From Candidatus Methylomirabilia bacterium (GTDB taxonomy: Bacteria; Methylomirabilota; Methylomirabilia; Rokubacteriales; CSP1-6): a DNA stretch of 64,000 nt. The position numbers and the translations under genes were made by a program. Position 1 is the stretch's first letter; each line of letters begins with the position of its first letter. Positions 58,382 to 64,000 of this stretch are shown piece by piece. The stretch covers positions 1 to 64,000 of the forward strand of contig JBGQHJ010000002.1 of assembly GCA_041497895.1 (NCBI GenBank). The letters are read 5' to 3'. Under the pieces are notes generated by a model. It was not told the origin of the DNA. It ran no database searches and worked only from the letters and a program-made list of their open reading frames with translations.

Positions 58382-60286
58382 ATGAGCACCTTCTACCTCA
58401 CCACCCCGATCTATTACGTCAACGCCCGGCCGCATCTCGGGCACGCCTGCACCACGATCATGGCCGACGCGATGTGCCGCTACCGGCGCCTGCGGGGCGA
58501 CCGCGTCTACTTCCTGACCGGGACCGACGAGCACGGCGAGCGGATCGCCCAGGTGGCGGCCCAGGCCGGGAAAACCCCGCAGGCCTACGCGGACGAGATC
58601 TCGGCGTCGTTCCGGGAGACGTGGCGCCGCTTGGGCATCACCAACGACGACTTTATCCGCACCACCGAGCCGAGGCACCAGAAGGTGGTTCGGGAGATCC
58701 TGCAGCGTCTGTACGATGCGGGTGAGATCTACTTCGGCGAGTACGGCGGCTGGTACTGCTACGGCTGCGAGCGCTTCTACACCGAGAAGGAGATCGTGGA
58801 CGGCAAGTGTCCCGATCACCAGACCGCGCTGACCTTCATCAAGGAGAAGAACTACTTCTTCAAGATGTCGAAGTACCAGGCGTGGCTGATCAAGTATCTC
58901 GAGGAGAACCCGGGCTTCATCCAGCCCGAGCGGTATCGCAACGAGGTCCTGGGCTTCCTGCGCGAGCCGCTCCAAGATCTCTCGATCAGCCGGCCCAATT
59001 CGCGTGTTCAGTGGGGCATCCCACTGCCCTTCGACGACCAGTACGTGACCTACGTGTGGTTCGATGCGCTCATCAACTACTACTCGGCGGTCTCGGACGG
59101 CAGCGAGAAGACGCGCGGGTTGTGGGAGCACGTCGAGCACCTGACTGGCAAGGACATCCTGAAGCCCCACGGGGTGTACTGGCCCACCATGCTGAAGGCG
59201 GCCGGCATCCCGCTCTACCGCCGGCTCAACGTCCATGGGTACTGGTCGCTCGGCGGCAGCAAGATGTCCAAGTCCGTCGGCAACGTGGTGGAGGCGTTCC
59301 AGCTCACCGACAAGTACGGGCACGACGCGTTCCGCTACTTCTTGCTGCGGGAGATGAACTTCGGTCTCGACGCCAACTTCAGCGAGGAGGCCCTGGTCGA
59401 CCGGCTCAACGCCGACCTCGCCAACGACCTGGGCAATCTGGCGAGCCGAGCCACCACTCTGATCGCGGCGGGCGGCCCCGTGGCGCAGGTGACCGCGCCG
59501 GTCGAGGCCGCGGACCGGGAGATCGGGATCTCCGCGGCGGAGACCAAGAGTGCGGTCGAGCACGAGATGCAAGAGTTCGCGTTCCAGAAGGCGCTGGCCG
59601 CGATCTGGAGCTTCATCGGCGCGGTGAACCGCTATGTCGATGCGAATGCGCCCTGGGCCCTGGCGAAGGATCCGGCAAAGCGGCCCCGCCTCGAGCGCGT
59701 GCTGTGCACGCTCACCGACTCGCTCGGTTTCCTCGGGATCATGCTGGAGCCCTTCCTGCCCGACGCGGCCCGGAAGATCCGTGAGGCGATCGGCGCGAGG
59801 GGTCCGCTCACCCTCGAGGCGGCGGTGGTGGGACGGCTCACGTCGGTGCCGCGGGTGAGCAAGATCTCCGGCCTCTTCCCGCGCGTGGATACCAGGGCGC
59901 CTGCCGGCGCGCAGGCCCCTCACCCCGGCCCTCTCGCCTCCGGGGAGAGGGAGGCGGGAGGGGGCAAGATCGCGATCGGCGACTTCCAGAAGGTGGAGCT
60001 GCGGGTCGCGGAGGTGCTGGCCGCCGAGCGCGTGCCGAAGTCCAAGAAGCTGCTGAAGCTCTCGATCCGGGTGGGCGAGGAGACCCGCACGCTGGTGGCG
60101 GGCGTGGCCGAGCACTACGAGCCGGCCGCCCTGGTCGGGCGCAAGGTGGTGATCGTGGCCAACCTCGAGCCGGCCACGCTGATGGGGGTGGAGTCCAACG
60201 GCATGGTGCTGGCGGCGTCGCACGAGGGCACGGTGTCGCTGCTCACCCTGGACAAGGACGTGCCCTCGGGCTCCAAGGTCAAGTAG
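58382..60286 (+). CDS. metG: Methionine--tRNA ligase with C-terminal tRNA-binding OB domain
   Basis: FYLTTPIYYVN, HLGH, GTDEHG, YVWFDAL, KMSKS, ANLEP...ESNGM. Confidence 0.97.
   Translation: MSTFYLTTPIYYVNARPHLGHACTTIMADAMCRYRRLRGDRVYFLTGTDEHGERIAQVAAQAGKTPQAYADEISASFRETWRRLGITNDDFIRTTEPRHQKVVREILQRLYDAGEIYFGEYGGWYCYGCERFYTEKEIVDGKCPDHQTALTFIKEKNYFFKMSKYQAWLIKYLEENPGFIQPERYRNEVLGFLREPLQDLSISRPNSRVQWGIPLPFDDQYVTYVWFDALINYYSAVSDGSEKTRGLWEHVEHLTGKDILKPHGVYWPTMLKAAGIPLYRRLNVHGYWSLGGSKMSKSVGNVVEAFQLTDKYGHDAFRYFLLREMNFGLDANFSEEALVDRLNADLANDLGNLASRATTLIAAGGPVAQVTAPVEAADREIGISAAETKSAVEHEMQEFAFQKALAAIWSFIGAVNRYVDANAPWALAKDPAKRPRLERVLCTLTDSLGFLGIMLEPFLPDAARKIREAIGARGPLTLEAAVVGRLTSVPRVSKISGLFPRVDTRAPAGAQAPHPGPLASGEREAGGGKIAIGDFQKVELRVAEVLAAERVPKSKKLLKLSIRVGEETRTLVAGVAEHYEPAALVGRKVVIVANLEPATLMGVESNGMVLAASHEGTVSLLTLDKDVPSGSKVK
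59916..59951 (-). repeat. Dispersed palindromic repeat, copy 3, in-frame inside metG
   Basis: Reverse complement CCCTCTCCCCGGAGGCGAGAGGGCCGGGGTGAGGGG matches copies 1 and 2; encodes PHPGPLASGER in the linker. Confidence 0.7.
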
Positions 60287-61041
60287 TGCGTGCCGTGCTC
60301 GGGGAGACGTTCCGGCTCCTCGGCCACCACCTGCACCTGTTCACGCTGCTGTCGCTCACGGTGTGGCTGCCGACGCACATCCTGCTCAACTACCTCGAGT
60401 TCTTCGAGCCCGGGGAGGACGCGGCCGGACGCGCCCTGCGAATCGTGCTCACCGCCCAGGTGGTGCTCGACCCCTTCGTGGTGAGCGCCATGCTCTCCGC
60501 GCTGCTGCGCATCAAGCGGGGGGCGCCCGTCGGCTACTGGCAGGTCCTCGCCGAGGGCTTCAACGCGTGGCCCCGCCTGATGCTGGTGCGCTTCATGGTG
60601 ATCTGGGTGCTCCTGATGCCCTCGCTCGGCTGGCTCGCGGTGTACACCGCGGGGCCGGCGGTGCAGCTGGTGGGCGGCGCGGCGCTGGTCGGGCTCTCGC
60701 TCCTCATCCTCGTCCTCCTGGTCCGGTTCGCCCTCGTCGACTCGGTGGTGGTGCTCGACGGGGCGTCGCCGCTCACCGCGTGGCGCCGGGCCGCGGCGGT
60801 CACCGCCGGCCAGCGCTGGAGCATCCTCGGAACCGCCACCGTGCTCTTCGTGCTGATCTTCGGGCTCGCGGTGGCGGGCGGCCAGGCCTTCCGTGCGGTG
60901 CCGGAGGCCAATCACTTCGTGGTCCGGGTCCTCTTCGACTGCGTGCTCGCGGTCAGCCAGTCCCTCTTCACGATCTCGCTCTTTCTCTTCTACTGGCGCA
61001 AGCAGGGGATCCCGGCCCCGGCGGTTCCCGCGGCCACGTGA
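60286..61041 (+). CDS. Polytopic membrane protein, hypothetical
   Basis: About six hydrophobic segments; GTG overlaps the metG stop. Confidence 0.75.
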   Translation: MRAVLGETFRLLGHHLHLFTLLSLTVWLPTHILLNYLEFFEPGEDAAGRALRIVLTAQVVLDPFVVSAMLSALLRIKRGAPVGYWQVLAEGFNAWPRLMLVRFMVIWVLLMPSLGWLAVYTAGPAVQLVGGAALVGLSLLILVLLVRFALVDSVVVLDGASPLTAWRRAAAVTAGQRWSILGTATVLFVLIFGLAVAGGQAFRAVPEANHFVVRVLFDCVLAVSQSLFTISLFLFYWRKQGIPAPAVPAAT

Positions 61042-62057
61042 CCGAGCCGCCGGCTCCGTCCGCGGCCCGCCTGCCGATCGTCGGCTGGCTCGGCGGCTGG
61101 CCGATCTCGATCGTCTCGCTGGCCCTGGGGCTGGTCGCCCTCCTCGTGTTCCGGCGGGGCCTGCCGCACGTGGGCTGGATCGTCGGCTACCTGCTGCTGC
61201 TGTGGCTGCTCTTCGTGCTGATCACCGAGCTGCGGGCGCCGCTCCTCGAGCGCGGCCAGCGGCTCGTGCTGACCGCGGCCGACTACACGATCCAGACGCT
61301 CTACCATAACCTGCTGCTCTTCGTGCTCCCCGCCTACTACGCGGCGGCCACCCTCGACTCGCCCAACGTGGTCTTCCCGGTGGCGGTGGCCGCGGGCGCG
61401 CTGGTGACCGCGATCGACCCGCTCTATCGGCGGCTGGTGCACCCGCGCCCCTGGCTGAACCACGGCCTCCTGGGCTTCTCGATCTTCGCCGCGCTCAACG
61501 TCGCGCTGCCGCTGGTCGGGGTGCGGCCCATCCTCGCCCTCGAGGGTGGCGCGGTGCTCTCCGCCCTCGCGCTGGCCCCCGCGTTCCGCCGGGGCGGCGC
61601 CGCGGGATGGGCACGCGCCCACGCCCGCGCGCTGGGCGCGGCGGTGCTCGCGATCGGTCTGGTGTGGGCCGGGCGCATCCTCGTCCCGCCCGCGCCCCTC
61701 TTCCTGGCCCGCGCGGTGGTGGCGCGTGCCGTCACCGAGATGCAGCCGGTGGAGCCGGTGGAAGACGGCGTGCTCACCGCCGCGACGGTGATGGAGTGGG
61801 GTGAGCTGGCGGCCTACACTGCCGTCTATGCACCGGCCGGCGTCCGGCAGGCCATCGGGCACGTCTGGTGGCGCGACCACGAGCGGGTGGCCTACGTGGC
61901 CCTGCCCACCCCGGTGCAGGGCGGCCGCCGGCGCGGCTTCCGCACCTACTCGCGCTACACCGATCTCCAGCCCCCGATCGCGGGCCACTATCGCGTCGAC
62001 GTCATCACCGCCTCCGGCCAGCTCATCGGCCGACTGCGGTTCACCGTGATTCCCTGA
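61038..62057 (+). CDS. Membrane protein with C-terminal DUF2914-like domain
   Basis: Multiple TM helices then YTAVYAP...HVW...GGR..GFRTYS...YRVDV...IGRLRF. Confidence 0.75.
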   Translation: MTEPPAPSAARLPIVGWLGGWPISIVSLALGLVALLVFRRGLPHVGWIVGYLLLLWLLFVLITELRAPLLERGQRLVLTAADYTIQTLYHNLLLFVLPAYYAAATLDSPNVVFPVAVAAGALVTAIDPLYRRLVHPRPWLNHGLLGFSIFAALNVALPLVGVRPILALEGGAVLSALALAPAFRRGGAAGWARAHARALGAAVLAIGLVWAGRILVPPAPLFLARAVVARAVTEMQPVEPVEDGVLTAATVMEWGELAAYTAVYAPAGVRQAIGHVWWRDHERVAYVALPTPVQGGRRRGFRTYSRYTDLQPPIAGHYRVDVITASGQLIGRLRFTVIP

Positions 62058-62067
62058 GGACCGGGCG

Positions 62068-63375
62068 ATGGACAGCATCTGGGTGGAGGTCTTGCTCATC
62101 GGCGTGTCGATCCTGGCCAACGCGTTCTTCGCCGGCTCCGAGATCGCGCTGGTTTCCGCGCGCCCGTCGCGGCTCGGCCAGCTCCGCGCCGAGGGCGTGC
62201 CGGGGGCGGAGACGGCGGAGGCCCTCAAGAAGAACCCCGACGCGCTCCTCGCCGCCATCCAGATCGCGATCACCCTGGCCGGCACGCTCGCCTCCGCGGT
62301 GGGCGGTGCCGCCGGGGCGGAAGCCCTCACTCCCTGGCTCCAGGACGCGGGGTTGCCCGGCGCGTGGGGCCGGTCGGTCGCGCTGGCGATCGTGGTCCTC
62401 TCGGTCGCCTTCGTGTCGCTGGTGGTCGGCGAGCTCACGCCCAAGGCGCTGGCCCTGCGCGACCCGGAGCGGCTGGCCGCCCGGGTGGCGCGGCCCGTCG
62501 CGTGGCTGATGCGCCTGCTCGCGGGGCCGGGGCGCGTCCTCACGTGGGCGTCCCGGCTCATCCTCACCCTGATCGGCCAGGCGGACGCGCCGGCCGTCCC
62601 GCTGGTCTCCGAGGAGGAGGTGAAGTACCTCGTCCGCGAGGGCACCGCGCAGGGCATCTTCGAGGCCGGGGAGCGGGACCTGGTCAACCGCGTGTTCCAG
62701 TTCACCGACACCCCGGTGCGCCTGGTGATGGTGCCGCGCCCGAACATCCTCGGGCTCGACATCGAGATGCCCCCCGCCGAGGTGCTCCGGCACGCGGCCC
62801 GGCTCGGTCACACCCGCCTGCCGGTCTACCGGGGGTCGATCGAGAACGCGCTCGGGGTCGTGGTGATCAAGGACCTGTTCCGCTGCGCGGCCCTGGAGCA
62901 GCCGGTGAGCCTCGAGCGGCTCATGCACCCGCCGCTGTTCGTGCCGGAGAGCGCGCCGGTCAGCGCGGTGCTGCGCCAGTTCCAGTCGAGCCGCTTGCAC
63001 CTCGCCCTGGTGGTGGACGAGTACGGCCAGGTCGCGGGGCTCGTCACCACCGAGGATCTCCTGGAGGAGATCGTGGGCGAGATCCGGGACGAGCGGGAGA
63101 GCTCGCGGCTGCAGTCGGTGTCCCGCCTCGCCGACGGTTCCTATATGATCGACGGGACCGCGACCATCCGCGACCTGCGGGAGCAGGTCGGGCTGCCGCT
63201 CCCCGAGTCGCCGGACTACCAGACGGTCGCGGGGTTCCTGCTGCACCGCCTGGGCGCGGTCCCGCGGCCGGGCACCACGACGGCCGCGGATGGCTACCGC
63301 TGGACCATCGTGGAGATGGACGGTCCGCGGATCATGAAGGTGAGGGCAGAGCCGGAGAGACCCAGCACGCGATGA
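62068..63375 (+). CDS. Hemolysin-family/CNNM (DUF21-CBS-CorC) protein
   Basis: FFAGSEIALVS, VVGELTPK, VMVPR, HTRLPVY, VVDEYG, EDLLEEIVGEI, TVAGF. Confidence 0.93.
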   Translation: MDSIWVEVLLIGVSILANAFFAGSEIALVSARPSRLGQLRAEGVPGAETAEALKKNPDALLAAIQIAITLAGTLASAVGGAAGAEALTPWLQDAGLPGAWGRSVALAIVVLSVAFVSLVVGELTPKALALRDPERLAARVARPVAWLMRLLAGPGRVLTWASRLILTLIGQADAPAVPLVSEEEVKYLVREGTAQGIFEAGERDLVNRVFQFTDTPVRLVMVPRPNILGLDIEMPPAEVLRHAARLGHTRLPVYRGSIENALGVVVIKDLFRCAALEQPVSLERLMHPPLFVPESAPVSAVLRQFQSSRLHLALVVDEYGQVAGLVTTEDLLEEIVGEIRDERESSRLQSVSRLADGSYMIDGTATIRDLREQVGLPLPESPDYQTVAGFLLHRLGAVPRPGTTTAADGYRWTIVEMDGPRIMKVRAEPERPSTR

Positions 63376-64000
63376 CGCCACCGCCGCTCTTCGATACCCA
63401 CGCCCACCTGCACTTCCCCGATCTCGTCGAGGACCTGGACGGCGTGCTCGAGCGGGCCCGCGCGGCCGGCGTCACCGGCATGGTGACGATCGGGACCGAT
63501 CGGGAGACCAACCCCGCCGCGGTGGCGCTCGCCGAGCGTCTCGACGCGGTGTACGCCACCGTGGGCATCCATCCCCACGACGCGGCGGAGGCCACCCCAG
63601 CCGACTTCGAGGCGATGGAGCGCCTCGCGCGCGGCTCCGCGAAGGTGGTGGCGCTCGGCGAGATGGGGCTCGACTTCTTCCGCAATCTCTCGCCGCCCGA
63701 CGTCCAGGCCGCGGTGTTCCGCCGCCAGCTCGACATGGCGCGGCGGCTCGGCCGCCCGGTGGTGATCCACTGCCGCGACGCGCACCCGGAGGCGCTCGCG
63801 ATCCTGGCCGACGAGCGCGTCGGCCTAGTCGGCGGGGTCATGCACTGCTTCTCGGCCGACGTGGAGGTGGCCAAGCACTGCCTCGATCTGGGGCTCTTCA
63901 TCTCCCTGGCCGGTCCGGTGACCTACAAGAACGCGCGCGCCCTGCCCGAGGTCGCCCGCTTCGTGCCCGACGACCGCCTCGTGCTGGAGACCGACTGCCC
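63372..64000 (+). CDS. tatD: TatD-family hydrolase (partial, runs off window)
   Basis: FDTHAHL, VGIHPH, GEMGLD, IHCRDA, MHCFS, LETDC. Confidence 0.93.
   Translation, partial: MTPPPLFDTHAHLHFPDLVEDLDGVLERARAAGVTGMVTIGTDRETNPAAVALAERLDAVYATVGIHPHDAAEATPADFEAMERLARGSAKVVALGEMGLDFFRNLSPPDVQAAVFRRQLDMARRLGRPVVIHCRDAHPEALAILADERVGLVGGVMHCFSADVEVAKHCLDLGLFISLAGPVTYKNARALPEVARFVPDDRLVLETDC

Overview
A GC-rich (roughly 70%), gene-dense bacterial chromosomal window; a Rokubacteria/Methylomirabilota-like origin is an inference from protein style, not proven. From the left it carries: (1) a housekeeping block, tRNA-Leu(TAG)-[broken VOC gene]-tig-clpP-clpX-rsmI-OMP-thiD-tatC-DEAD helicase; (2) a RAYT/Y1 HUH transposase bounded by perfect 29-bp inverted repeats, then typA, a cyclophilin and a D-aminoacylase; (3) a roughly 20-kb Mo/W/Se/S region with Prx5-TrxB-TusA-DsrE, a two-subunit NAD-linked formate dehydrogenase, a ModE-like regulator, an oxidoreductase-SelD fusion co-oriented with a xanthine-dehydrogenase-family trio, interleaved tup/mod transporters and moaC; (4) an HDAC, adenylate cyclase, LysM-deacetylase, LysM-TPR, Pal and MscS run; (5) a sulfite/nitrite reductase-siroheme operon behind a palindromic operator and a small Zn-ribbon gene; (6) Lhr, a patch of gene remnants and an SsuD/SsuE-like pair; (7) tmk-holB-PSP1-metG...tatD. 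The most striking hidden signal is at 52703-53802 (-). Two translationally coupled, signal-peptide-bearing thioredoxin-fold genes are each split in the ORF track by an in-frame TGA exactly at the catalytic Cys position and followed by a hairpin. This is a candidate exported selenoprotein pair (Sec-peroxiredoxin plus UxxC TlpA-like reductase). Also notable are recurrent TAnnnT-N6-ATG leaderless starts, a dispersed palindromic repeat with one copy in-frame in metG, and a structured intergenic region with a sigma-28-like promoter and a 22-aa hydrophobic ORF. All family calls come from motif recognition by eye; no database searches were run.
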